Assembly: GCA_963810925.1 (NCBI GenBank)
Contig: CAWEPF010000010.1
Span: 47,407 to 111,406 of the forward strand
Length of the DNA stretch: 64,000 bases
Source: an uncultured Chloroflexia bacterium
Lineage (GTDB): Bacteria > Chloroflexota > Limnocylindria > QHBO01
Reading direction: 5' to 3'
Shown: positions 36,809 through 46,093 of the stretch, piece after piece
Layout: each line of letters begins with the position of its first letter
Numbering within the stretch: position 1 is the first letter of the stretch
Translations under genes and position numbers: made by a program
The notes under the pieces: model-generated
Seen by the model: only the letters and a program-made list of their open reading frames with translations
Database searches by the model: none
What the model was told of the DNA's origin: nothing

Positions 36809-39640
36809 ATGACCTTGGCCGAACGGAAGAGACTCGACCACGTCGTCCTTCCGAGGCGCCTTCCGGGACTCGCCCTGCTCGAGCGGTACTTTCCCTCCCC
36901 GGCCGACAACGTCCTCGACGCCGAGCTGGCGTCGTTCGCCACGTCGGGCGACACGATCCTCGATCCCTGGGCGGGCACCGGCTGGACGGCCCGTCGCGCG
37001 GTCGCGCACGGCATGCGGGTCGTGGCCGCCGAAGCCAGCCCGTTCGCCCAGATGGCCGCCCAGGCCTTCCTCCTGGCGCCCGAGGTGGCGGCCGTGGACG
37101 CCGCGTTTGCCCAGCTGGCCTCGTCGCGCCGGGTGGACATCCCGCTCCGCCAGCACATCGAGGAGCTGTACGCATCCCGCTGCCCGGTCTGCAACCGCCC
37201 GGTCCTGGCCGAGGAGTTCATCTGGCCCCGGGACGGCGATGCGCCCGGCCGCAAGGTGTACCGATGCGCCGCGTGTGACGTGGCCCTTGGCGGACCCGAC
37301 GAGCGCGTCGCGCCGGTGGACGAGTCGGACTACGCCAAGCTCGGGTTGGAGCCGCCCCAACCGGCCGAGCCCGCCGCCGGCGTGGAGCCGGCGGCCGACG
37401 CCGACGAGGACCTGCCGCCCGCCCCGATGGGCCTGATCGGAGACACGGGGGCGACCGAGCCCCCACCCCTGGCCCCGCTGGGCGAGCCGGGCGGCCCGCC
37501 GCCACCGCCGGCCCGGGCGCCGGATCCGCCGCTGTCGCTCACCGCGCCCGAAGGGCCCCGCTACGCCTCGACCGTGCAGCCCACGCCGCTTCCTGCCCCG
37601 GTGGGGACCGACGTCCGGCAGGGACTGGCCTACCAGCAGCTCCGCGACCGGTTCCCGGTGCTCGACGAGCGGGGAGACGTGGTGGACGAGGTGCTGGACC
37701 TGTACACCTCGCGCAACCTGTATGCCCTGCAGACGATCGCCAACAAGATCGATGCGGAATTCCACGACCAGCCCCTGGCCGCCGTATTCCGCCTGGCGCT
37801 GGCCGGCTGCCTGCTCCCCGCGAGCCGCCTGAACGGGTATCCGGGCCGCGTCGCATCCCTGCGGATCAGCGGCGGCCACGTCCGTCAGCCCGCGTCCCGC
37901 CATCACCGCGAGGTCAACGTCTGGCGCCTGTTCGAGGTCGCGTACCAGGACGTGCGCACCGCCCTGGCGGCGCTGGGACGCGACCGCCGTCCCGTCCGGT
38001 TCGCCGCCGACCTGGACGAGCTGGGGGGCATGAGCGCGGCCAACCTGCTGTGGATCCGATGCCGGCCTGCGGTCGTGGGCCAGTACCTGCCCCCCGAGAG
38101 CGTCGACCTGGTCATCGGCTCGCCGCCGCCCCCCGAGAGCGTGGACGAGCTGAGCTTCGAGTACCTGGCCACGGCCTGGCTGATGGGACGCGAAGCGGCC
38201 GAGACACTCCGCCTCGAGCCGCTGTTCGGCGGCGGCTCGGCCCGTTCCGATGGAGCCGAGGTGACCGCCTTCCGGCATGCCCTGGCGTCGGCCACCGGCG
38301 CCCTGAAGCCGGGCGGCTGGTGCACCGTCCTGCTGGAGGGTGACGACCCGGACCGCGTCCTCGCCGTGGCCCTCGCGGCCGCGGCGGCGGAGCTGGAGCT
38401 CGTGCACGCCATTCCGCGCGAGTCGGGGAGGGTGGGGGACGGGGTGACCCTCCATTTCCGTCGCGCCTCGGCCGAGGATCGACTGCGCGACGCCGTACGC
38501 CCCAAGCCGCTCCGACTGGGCGCCGAAGGGGGCCACCTGACCTATCCCGAGCTGGCCGGCGCGATCGAACGCGCGGCGGTCAACCTCCTGCGCGAGCGAG
38601 GCGAGCCGGCCGGCCTGTCGCGGATCGCGTGTGCAGCGCTGATCGAGCTCGAACGGACCGGGCTGCTCCGTCGCCTGGTCCAGGCGCGTTCGGACGGCGA
38701 GGCCGGAGACGCGACGGTGGAGGCGACCGATGAGCAGCTGGGGCGCGTCGACCGAGGCGGGCCAGCCCTGCTGGCCGTCCTGCTCCGCGAGGAGCTGTGG
38801 CGCGACGATCATCCGGCCCTGGTGCGGGTCGGAGAGGACGGGCCGCGTCCGTCATGGTGGCTGCGCGAGCCGACGCTGGGCGAGGGCACGATCGCGGATC
38901 GGGTGGAATGGGCCACCTTCTCGCTGCTCACGACAGCCGGTCGCCTCGACGAATCGGGCTTCCTGGATCGGATCTACGCCCTGTTCCCGGGCACCGCCTC
39001 GCCTGACGAGGAGCTCGTGCGGGCCTGCCTCGGTGCCTACGGGACGGTGGGGGAGCGTGGCCAGATCCACTCCGAGGAAGATCTCGCGGCCCGGATGGCC
39101 GACCACACCCGGATCCTGGCCGGAATCGTGGACTTCGGACATCGGCTCGGGCTCCGGGCCTGGGTCAGCCGCCGAGAGCAGGATCGCCCGTGGCGGCATG
39201 GCGCCCTCGCCGACCTGCTCAAGGAGGACGAGCGGCGCACGTACCTTCCCCTCGTGATCCGTGCCCCGGCCGAGGTGCTCGGCGCGGTGGACGCCCTGTG
39301 GTACGTGCGGAACCGGTCCAGCTACCTGTTCGAGGTGGAGTGGACGGCCATGATCGGTGACGCCGTCCTGCGGCGAGGTGCCGAGATCCCGACCTCGGAG
39401 CAGCAGGCCCGCTTCCTCGTCATTCCCGCCGAGCGGACAGAGCTCCTGCGCTTGAAGATCGGCCGCTCGCCGTGGCTGCGCGCCGAAATGGAACGTCAGA
39501 ACTGGCACGTCCTGAAGTGGCCCCATCTCGAGGCCCTGGTGGCGCGTGACGGGGCGCGGATGGAGTGGCTGGAACCCATGGTCGGGCTCGATCCGCTGGT
39601 CGAGCGCGGCGGCAAACAGCTCACCATGTTCGGGGAGTAA
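36809..39640 (+). CDS. 943-aa Zn-ribbon methyltransferase-like protein with a degenerate catalytic motif and an uncharacterised C-terminal domain
   Basis: SAM motif I-like ILDPWAGTGWT (36962-). CPVC...CAAC Zn ribbon (37181-37276). Pro-rich linker. SPPP in place of (D/N)PP(Y/F) at 38120-38131. C-terminal segment VDALWY...YLFEVEW. Confidence 0.75.
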   Translation: MTLAERKRLDHVVLPRRLPGLALLERYFPSPADNVLDAELASFATSGDTILDPWAGTGWTARRAVAHGMRVVAAEASPFAQMAAQAFLLAPEVAAVDAAFAQLASSRRVDIPLRQHIEELYASRCPVCNRPVLAEEFIWPRDGDAPGRKVYRCAACDVALGGPDERVAPVDESDYAKLGLEPPQPAEPAAGVEPAADADEDLPPAPMGLIGDTGATEPPPLAPLGEPGGPPPPPARAPDPPLSLTAPEGPRYASTVQPTPLPAPVGTDVRQGLAYQQLRDRFPVLDERGDVVDEVLDLYTSRNLYALQTIANKIDAEFHDQPLAAVFRLALAGCLLPASRLNGYPGRVASLRISGGHVRQPASRHHREVNVWRLFEVAYQDVRTALAALGRDRRPVRFAADLDELGGMSAANLLWIRCRPAVVGQYLPPESVDLVIGSPPPPESVDELSFEYLATAWLMGREAAETLRLEPLFGGGSARSDGAEVTAFRHALASATGALKPGGWCTVLLEGDDPDRVLAVALAAAAAELELVHAIPRESGRVGDGVTLHFRRASAEDRLRDAVRPKPLRLGAEGGHLTYPELAGAIERAAVNLLRERGEPAGLSRIACAALIELERTGLLRRLVQARSDGEAGDATVEATDEQLGRVDRGGPALLAVLLREELWRDDHPALVRVGEDGPRPSWWLREPTLGEGTIADRVEWATFSLLTTAGRLDESGFLDRIYALFPGTASPDEELVRACLGAYGTVGERGQIHSEEDLAARMADHTRILAGIVDFGHRLGLRAWVSRREQDRPWRHGALADLLKEDERRTYLPLVIRAPAEVLGAVDALWYVRNRSSYLFEVEWTAMIGDAVLRRGAEIPTSEQQARFLVIPAERTELLRLKIGRSPWLRAEMERQNWHVLKWPHLEALVARDGARMEWLEPMVGLDPLVERGGKQLTMFGE

Positions 39641-39682
39641 CCCCCGGCGGTCGGCTTGACCCTCGCTCGTATAGTCGGGACC

Positions 39683-39715
39683 GGGAGTGCCGCGGTTCCC
39701 CCCTGCGGCACTCCC
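39683..39715. terminator. perfect 11-bp-stem hairpin between convergent genes (bidirectional terminator candidate)
   Basis: GGGAGTGCCGC, 11-nt loop, GCGGCACTCCC. Confidence 0.6.
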
Positions 39716-39721
39716 GTCTTG

Positions 39722-40069
39722 CTATCCGGTGGCTGCTCCGTTGCCCCGCCGGCTTCGGCGCGCGGCGGGTCGACCCATCGCCCGACGGACGACCTGCATC
39801 ACCTCGCGGACGTACGGCTCGCCCTGTCCGGAGTCGATCGCGTGGGTCAGGCAGCCATCGATGTGGTCCTCGAGGACGAGCATCGCCACCTGGTCGGCGG
39901 CCGCGGTCATGGCTTCCACCTGCTGGAGGATGTCGAGGCAGTAGGCCTCGTTGTCGACCAGCCGTTGGATGCCGCGGGCCTGGCCCTCGATCCGCCGGAG
40001 GCGGTTCTGGAGCTCCTTGCGGTCGCGGGAGTAGCTGTGGCGAAAGTGGGCGGGATCGGTCATGTCCAT
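39722..40069 (-). CDS. csoR: CsoR/RcnR-family metal-sensing repressor
   Basis: LQNRLRRIEGQARGIQRLV is present, together with a C...H...C ligand pattern (YCLD, EDH, GC). Confidence 0.85.
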   Translation of the reverse strand: MDMTDPAHFRHSYSRDRKELQNRLRRIEGQARGIQRLVDNEAYCLDILQQVEAMTAAADQVAMLVLEDHIDGCLTHAIDSGQGEPYVREVMQVVRRAMGRPAARRSRRGNGAATG

Positions 40070-40085
40070 ACTCCGGGGTAGTATG
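40067..40085. promoter_or_regulatory. CsoR-type operator candidate CATACTCCGGGGTAGTATG
   Basis: G/C tract flanked by an ATAC/GTAT inverted repeat. It overlaps the csoR start codon and the -10-like CATACT. Confidence 0.5.
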
Positions 40086-40162
40086 CCGATGTCGAGCCGG
40101 GCTGGTCAATCGCAGGCGCTGCCCGAAGAGGAGCGAGCGTCGTCCGATACGATCGGTGCATC

Positions 40163-42213
40163 GTGAGCAATCGCCTCGCCGGCGCGACGAGCCCGTACCT
40201 GCTCCAGCACGCCGAAAACCCGGTCGACTGGTATCCGTGGGGACCCGAAGCCCTGGCCCGCGCTCGGGTGGAGGATCGGCCGATCTTCCTGTCCATCGGC
40301 TACTCCGCCTGCCATTGGTGCCACGTCATGGCCCACGAGTCGTTCGAGGATCCGGCGCTCGCCGAGCGACTGAACCGCGACTTCGTGTCCATCAAGGTGG
40401 ATCGCGAGGAGCGCCCCGACATCGACGACGTGTACATGGCCGCGGTGCAGGCCATGACCGGGTCCGGCGGCTGGCCGCTGAGCGTGTTCCTGACCCCGGA
40501 CCTGGAGCCGTTCTTCGGCGGCACGTACTTCCCGCCGGCGGACCGGCACGGCCTGCCGGCGTTCGGGACCGTGCTCGACGGGGTGGCCGAGGCGTATCGC
40601 GACCGGCGCGGCGAGGTCAGCGACGTGGCCGCGCACCTGGCCGAGCACCTCCGCACCCAGATGGCGGCACCGGTCGCCGGTGCCGGAACCGGGGGACGCG
40701 GTCCTGGACGGCGCGGTCCGGCGCCTCGCGTCGGCATTCGACCCGCGCGACGGCGGATTCGGCCCTGCCCCCAAGTTCCCGGCGCCCATGGCCCTCGAGT
40801 TCCTCCTGCGCCGCTGGCGCGATACCCGCGACGAGGCGACGCTCCGGATGGTGACCTTCACCCTCGACCGCATGGCCGACGGGGGGATCCACGACCAGCT
40901 GGCAGGTGGCTTCGCGCGCTACAGCACCGACGTCCGATGGCTGGCGCCGCACTTCGAGAAGATGCTGTACGACAACGCGCTCCTGGCCCATGCCTACCTC
41001 GAGGCCTTCCGAGCGACGGGCGACGGACCGATACGCCCGGGTCGCACGCTCCACGCTGGACTTCCTGCTGGCCGAGCTGCGGACCGATGACGGCGGCTTC
41101 GCCGCCGCCCTGGACGCCGACAGCGAGGGCGAAGAAGGACGCTTCTACGTATGGGATGCCGATGCCGCCCGGACGGCGCTGGCGGAAGCGGGTCTCGAGC
41201 CCACCGCCATGGAGACGATGGCTGCCTACTGGGACATCCGGGACGGCGGGAACTGGGAGGGCCACACGATCCTGCACGTCACCGACGCTCCGCCGCCCGA
41301 CCCGGGGGACCTCGAGCGGGCTCGGGCCGCGCTCCTCGCCGCCCGGTCATCGCGCGTCCGCCCGGGACGCGACGGAAAGCAGCTGGCCGCCTGGAACGGG
41401 ATGGCCCTGCGCGCCTTCGCCGGCGCCGCGCTCGTCCTGGGCGACGAGCGCTTCGTGATCGGCACCCGCGACCTCGTCCGGTTCGTGCGCGACACGTTGC
41501 TCCACGACGGGGATCGCCTGTGGCGCACGGCGCGTGACGGCGTGGCACATACCGCTGGATTCGCCGAGGACTATGCGGCCGTGGCCGACGGTCTCCTCGA
41601 GGCGTATGGCGCGCTGGGCGAGCCCGACGACCTGCGCCTCGCGGAGGCGCTCATGGGACGGTTGCTGACCGATTTCTGGGATCACGAGTCAGGGACGCTG
41701 TTCGATACCGGGCCCGAGCACGAGCAGACCGTGGCTCGGCCGCGATCACTCGTGGACGGGGCGACGCCCAGCGCGAACGCCATGGCCGCCGACGTGTGGC
41801 TGCGTCTGGCGTTGCTCGCCGGCGACGAGGAGCATCACCGGCGCGCGCGCCGGATCCTCGCCGCGGTTGGGCCCGCGCTCGAACGCCAACCCACCGGGTT
41901 CGGACGGATGCTGAGCGCGGCCGACCGGGCGGAGCGGCCGGCCACCGACGTGGTGGTGGCCGGGGAGGCGCAGGACGAGCGGTCGGTGGCGCTCCGCCGA
42001 GCCGCCGCTCGACCCTACGCGCCGGACCTGGTCATGGCCCCGCTCACGCCGGGTGACGCCCTCGAATCGCGCCCGCTGTTCGCGGGCAAGACGCCCCGCA
42101 ACGGCGCGCCCACCGCCTTCGTGTGCCGTGGCTACGCCTGCGACGCCCCGACCACCGATCCGGCCGAGGTCGAGCAGCAGGTCAATCGCCTCTCCGCGGC
42201 GCCCGCCGGCTAG
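40163..42213 (+). pseudogene. thioredoxin-domain protein (DUF255 / YyaL-type, N-acylglucosamine-epimerase-like C-terminal domain) with two +1 frame changes
   Basis: [11 protein letters not shown]...[11 protein letters not shown] lies in frame 1. [24 protein letters not shown]...[12 protein letters not shown] lies in frame 2. [14 protein letters not shown]...EGRFYVW... lies in frame 3. The shifts are at 40679-40680 and 41025-41026. Confidence 0.85.
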
Positions 42214-42623
42214 CCGGGCAGGAACGAGAGCCGCACCCGCCGGTCACCCCGATCCTGATTGGGATCCAGCAGGGCAATGGACTGCCAGGTGCCCAGCGCG
42301 AGCTGCCCGCCCAGGACCGGGATGCTGAGCGAGGGGCCGACAAACAGGGGCAGCACGTGATCCGCGCCGTGTCCGAGCGACCCGTGCCGATGACGCCATC
42401 GGTCATCGCGGGGGAGGAGCCGATCGAGTGCCTCCATGACATCGGTCTCGGAGCCGCTTCCGAGCTCCATCACCAGCACCCCGGCCGTGGCATGGGGCAC
42501 GAACACGTGCAGCATGCCGTCGCCCGCGGCGGCGGCCTCGGCCGCGAACGCGGCGCACATCGGTGTCAGGTCGTGCACGCCCCGCTGGCCTCGCGTGTCG
42601 ATAGAAAACTCCTGCGAATGCAT
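42210..42623 (-). CDS. yjbQ: YjbQ/UPF0047 family protein (secondary thiamine-phosphate synthase-like)
   Basis: Start at MHSQEFSIDT (42623). FVPHATAGVLVMELGSGSE and GHGADHVLP are present. Confidence 0.8.
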   Translation of the reverse strand: MHSQEFSIDTRGQRGVHDLTPMCAAFAAEAAAAGDGMLHVFVPHATAGVLVMELGSGSETDVMEALDRLLPRDDRWRHRHGSLGHGADHVLPLFVGPSLSIPVLGGQLALGTWQSIALLDPNQDRGDRRVRLSFLPG

Positions 42624-42625
42624 GA

Positions 42626-43633
42626 ATGGAGCGTACGGGATACGATCCGCCGTCGATGTCGCCCGCGCCGCGCCGCCTTCGCCTCCTGATCCCGCTCGTC
42701 CTGGCCCTGGTTGCCGGATGTTCGATGCTGTCCCCGAGCCAGTCTCCCAGTCCGAGCGCCGAGACCACGCTCGCCCCCACACCGACACCGCGGCCGACAC
42801 CGACCCCGGAGCCCACGCCCACCCCTGAGCCAACGCCGGTTCCGCTGAACAGCTCGCTCCTGTACGGACGGATCACGGTCCTGTTCGCCGGCAACGACTC
42901 GACGCCGGACCGGGTGGCGAACGGGTATGGCCCGCTGACCGACTCGATGATCGTGGCCTCGGTGAGCCCGAACCACCAGCAGCTGGCGATGGTGGCTCTG
43001 CCCCGCGACGCGACCGACATTCCGCTCGGCAACGGCAACATCTGGCATCTCAAGGCCAATGCCATCCGCTTCAACTACGACATGCCCGGCCTGGAGGGGG
43101 CGCTGGAGGCCACCTACGGCATCCCGATCGACTACTACGTCGAGATCAGCATGCCCGACCTTCCCCGGCTGGTGGACGCCCTGGGCGGGGTCTGGGTGGA
43201 CGTTCCGTACGAGATTCATGACGCGGAGGTGGGCCTCAACATCGGTGCCGGTGCCCAACGCCTCAACGGGGTCACCGCGCTCCAGTACTCGCGAGCCCGC
43301 CACTTCGACAGCGACTTCGCGCGCGCCCAGCGCCAGATGCAGGTCATCCTGGGCCTCGCGCAGCGGATTGCGGACCTGGGCACCAACTTCGATCCGGCCA
43401 CCATCCTGGCCCTGCTCACGACCCTCCACACCGACATCCCGATGGGCGACGTCCCCTCGCTGCTGAGGGTGGTCGATGCGGCGGCCGACGCGGAGGTCAT
43501 CACCACGGTCCTCGCCCCGCCCGAGTTCGCGCTGTACTCGGGCCTCGAGCCGGGGACGAATCGCGGCTACGTGATGATCGCGAACGTGCCGGCGATGCGC
43601 TACTACGTGCAGTCGGTGATGGGCGACCGCTAG
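42626..43633 (+). CDS. LytR-CpsA-Psr (LCP) family cell-envelope phosphotransferase (start possibly 42656)
   Basis: Membrane anchor/lipobox LVAGC, a PT-rich linker, and LCP core motifs (TDSMIVASV, LPRDA, ARHFDSDFARAQRQ). Confidence 0.8.
   Translation: MERTGYDPPSMSPAPRRLRLLIPLVLALVAGCSMLSPSQSPSPSAETTLAPTPTPRPTPTPEPTPTPEPTPVPLNSSLLYGRITVLFAGNDSTPDRVANGYGPLTDSMIVASVSPNHQQLAMVALPRDATDIPLGNGNIWHLKANAIRFNYDMPGLEGALEATYGIPIDYYVEISMPDLPRLVDALGGVWVDVPYEIHDAEVGLNIGAGAQRLNGVTALQYSRARHFDSDFARAQRQMQVILGLAQRIADLGTNFDPATILALLTTLHTDIPMGDVPSLLRVVDAAADAEVITTVLAPPEFALYSGLEPGTNRGYVMIANVPAMRYYVQSVMGDR
42773..42844 (+). repeat. coding low-complexity Pro/Thr linker (APTPTPRPTPTPEPTPTPEPTPVP)
   Basis: Read directly from the sequence, inside the LCP gene. 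Confidence 0.9.
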
Positions 43634-43643
43634 ACCAGGGTCG

Positions 43644-44021
43644 CTACTGGCGGGTTCCGCACTGGTAGCAGACGGCATCGACGGCCCGAATGGTCGTCCC
43701 GCAGGTCGTGCAGTCGCGGGCCAGGTCCGCCTCGCATCGCGCGCAGTAGACCGCTCCGGCGGGATGGACGAGGCCATCCACCAGGCAGTACGGCGTCCCC
43801 CGGGCTGGCGCGAGCGCCGTTCCCGTCGCTCCGGCATCGGCCATCACGGCCTCGCCGCTGACCGCTTCAGCCTCGATGCCCCGGTTCGAGGCATGGAGGT
43901 ACCCGATCAGGAGGTACACGACGTAGAGGCCCACCAGGCCGATGAGGGCGAGGGGGACGAGGATGGTGAGCCGATCGGCCCAGCCGGTGGCGAGTGACTC
44001 GATCAGTCCCTTGAGGTCCAT
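43644..44021 (-). CDS. membrane-anchored zinc-ribbon protein, hypothetical
   Basis: N-terminal TM segment. The C-terminal Cys pairs are YCLVD...CARCE...CTTCG...CYQCG. Confidence 0.5.
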   Translation of the reverse strand: MDLKGLIESLATGWADRLTILVPLALIGLVGLYVVYLLIGYLHASNRGIEAEAVSGEAVMADAGATGTALAPARGTPYCLVDGLVHPAGAVYCARCEADLARDCTTCGTTIRAVDAVCYQCGTRQ

Positions 44022-44100
44022 CGGTGGCCGATTCTAGCATCGGGTCTGGCCCCCAACCCTGCTGCTACACTCGGGTCGGAACCTCGCACCGGGTACCGTA

Positions 44101-45177
44101 TTGGCGCGACCGCGGATCGATCCCCAGACCGCCCTCAGTGAGCTCCACGTCCACCTGGGGGCAGCCGTTTCACCGGCCATCATGTGGGGCATCGCCCACG
44201 CCCAGGGGATCCGCCTGCCAACCAAGGACTACTGGGCGTTTCGGGAGCTCATCACCCTGGGCACCCGCCGCCGGCGGACGTTCAACGGGTACCTGGACCT
44301 CTTCCACTGGACCGAGCTGATCCAGTCCAGCCCGCTCGCCGTTGAGCGCAGCGTGTACGAGGTCATCGGCGGCGCATATCGGCGCAGCAACATCACGAGC
44401 CTGGAGCTGCGCTTCAACCCGATGAAGCGCAACCGCGGCGGCGAGCAGGACCTGGACCACATCATCGCGGCGGCGGTGCGCGGGATGGACCGCGCGATCC
44501 TCGAGTACCCGCAGGTCCAGGCCGGGCTCATCTTCTGCCTTGACCGCGCATTCAGCCGCGACCTGAACGAGATCCTCGCGTCGAAGGCCATCAGCTGGCG
44601 GCCCCGCGGCGTGGTCGGGATCGACATCGCGGGCCCCGTGGTCGAGGGCTTCCGGTTTGCGGACTACCGCGACGTCATGGACGAGTGCCGCCGCGCCGGG
44701 CTGGGGATCACCGTCCACGCGGGCGAAACCGGTGGTGCGGACGAGGTCCAGGAGGCGGTGGAGGCCCTCGACCCGGCGCGCATCGGTCACGGCATTCGGA
44801 GCGCGACCGATCCCAAGGTCATGGCCATGCTCCGCGAGCGGGGCGTGGTGCTGGAGGTGTGTCCGTCGTCCAACCTGAGCACCGGCGTGGTGAGCGGGCT
44901 CCCCGAGCTGCGCACCCACCTCCGGGCCCTGGTCGACAACGGCGTGCGCTTCACCCTCTCGACCGATGGCCCCGAGATCCTGGAACGGTACCTGCGCGAC
45001 GAGTTCGCGCTCGTCCTCCGCCAGGACATCCTGTCGCCCGAAGAGGTGGCGGAGGCCATCGAGACCGGCCACCAGGCCAGCTTCGTGAACCGCGTCCCCG
45101 CCGCCGAGCGGGTCCCGGGGGCCCGTCATCGGACCCGCGATCCGGCCGCCCGGGTAGCCCTCGAGCTCGAGGTCTGA
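44101..45177 (+). CDS. adenosine deaminase family protein (paralog 1)
   Basis: TTG start. ELHVHLGAA, TVHAGE and STDGP metal/catalytic motifs of the ADA amidohydrolase fold are present. Confidence 0.8.
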   Translation: MARPRIDPQTALSELHVHLGAAVSPAIMWGIAHAQGIRLPTKDYWAFRELITLGTRRRRTFNGYLDLFHWTELIQSSPLAVERSVYEVIGGAYRRSNITSLELRFNPMKRNRGGEQDLDHIIAAAVRGMDRAILEYPQVQAGLIFCLDRAFSRDLNEILASKAISWRPRGVVGIDIAGPVVEGFRFADYRDVMDECRRAGLGITVHAGETGGADEVQEAVEALDPARIGHGIRSATDPKVMAMLRERGVVLEVCPSSNLSTGVVSGLPELRTHLRALVDNGVRFTLSTDGPEILERYLRDEFALVLRQDILSPEEVAEAIETGHQASFVNRVPAAERVPGARHRTRDPAARVALELEV

Positions 45178-45195
45178 CCCTGTAGACTCGGCGCC

Positions 45196-46050
45196 GTGTC
45201 GTCGATCTGGCGGCCCGTCCGCGAACGGAATCCAGCCCGCAGCCTGATGGTCATCGTCGCCCACCCGGGCGACGAGGCGTTTGGATTCGGTGGCGCCATT
45301 GCCCAGGCCTCCGCGGAAGGCGCCTATGTTGCGGTCGTGTGCGCCACGCGCGGCTACTTCGACGCCCGGGTCACGATGAAGCCACCGGCCCCCGGGGGTC
45401 GGAACCGCGACCTGCTCGAGTCGCTCGGATGGCGCAACCTCGACACCGTCCGTGAAGACGAAATGCGCCGTTCGGCGGCGCTGCTGGGGGTCCGCGTCCT
45501 GCGCATGCTCGACTACGCCGAGGGCGACCTGGACCGGGTGGACTTCCATCACCTCGTCGGCCGGCTGGTGGAGCCCATCCGGATGCACCAGCCCGAGGTG
45601 GTCCTGACGTTCGGCCCGGACGGCATCACCGGTGACTCGGACCACGTGACCCTCTCGCGCGCGGTGGATGAGGCGGTCACCCTGGCCAGCCAGCCATTCG
45701 CCTACGAGGACGACCTCGAGGAGGACCAGGTGGCGTGGAAGATCGCCAAGCTGTTCCACCTGACCGTTCCGCCCGAGCGGCTGGCGGTCCTGGGGACCAT
45801 GGCGCCCCACACCGGGTACGGCTCGAGCGCCGCCCCCACCGTCGCCCTGTCCCTGGGGGAGCTGGCCCAGCTCAAGCTGGCGGCCATCGAGCGCCACGTC
45901 TCGCAGACCGGGTCGTCGGGACCGTATGCCGGGTGGGACCCGGCGGTTCGCGACGAATGGCTTGCCACCGAGCACTACCGGCTGGCCGTGTCGAACGTGG
46001 GCTCTTCGCCGGCGGGTGCGGCGGCCGGCCTCTTCGATGGTCTCGCTTGA
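45196..46050 (+). CDS. PIG-L/LmbE family deacetylase
   Basis: AHPGDE and GPDGITGDSDH motifs are present. Confidence 0.8.
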   Translation: MSSIWRPVRERNPARSLMVIVAHPGDEAFGFGGAIAQASAEGAYVAVVCATRGYFDARVTMKPPAPGGRNRDLLESLGWRNLDTVREDEMRRSAALLGVRVLRMLDYAEGDLDRVDFHHLVGRLVEPIRMHQPEVVLTFGPDGITGDSDHVTLSRAVDEAVTLASQPFAYEDDLEEDQVAWKIAKLFHLTVPPERLAVLGTMAPHTGYGSSAAPTVALSLGELAQLKLAAIERHVSQTGSSGPYAGWDPAVRDEWLATEHYRLAVSNVGSSPAGAAAGLFDGLA

Positions 46051-46093
46051 GGCGCCGGGAACGGTCAACCGAGTCCTCTGATACCCTCGGGGG

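Noticed and set aside
39565-40854. 429-aa Arg/Pro/Gly-rich ORF spanning csoR and the DUF255 gene
   Set aside because: The composition is typical of an off-frame high-GC artefact. It overlaps two genes that have clear homology.
42773-42844. Short periodic repeat (ACC/ACG CCG units) considered as a possible CRISPR or tandem-repeat locus
   Set aside because: It is in frame inside the LCP gene and encodes a Pro/Thr linker. It has no spacer-repeat architecture and no cas genes.
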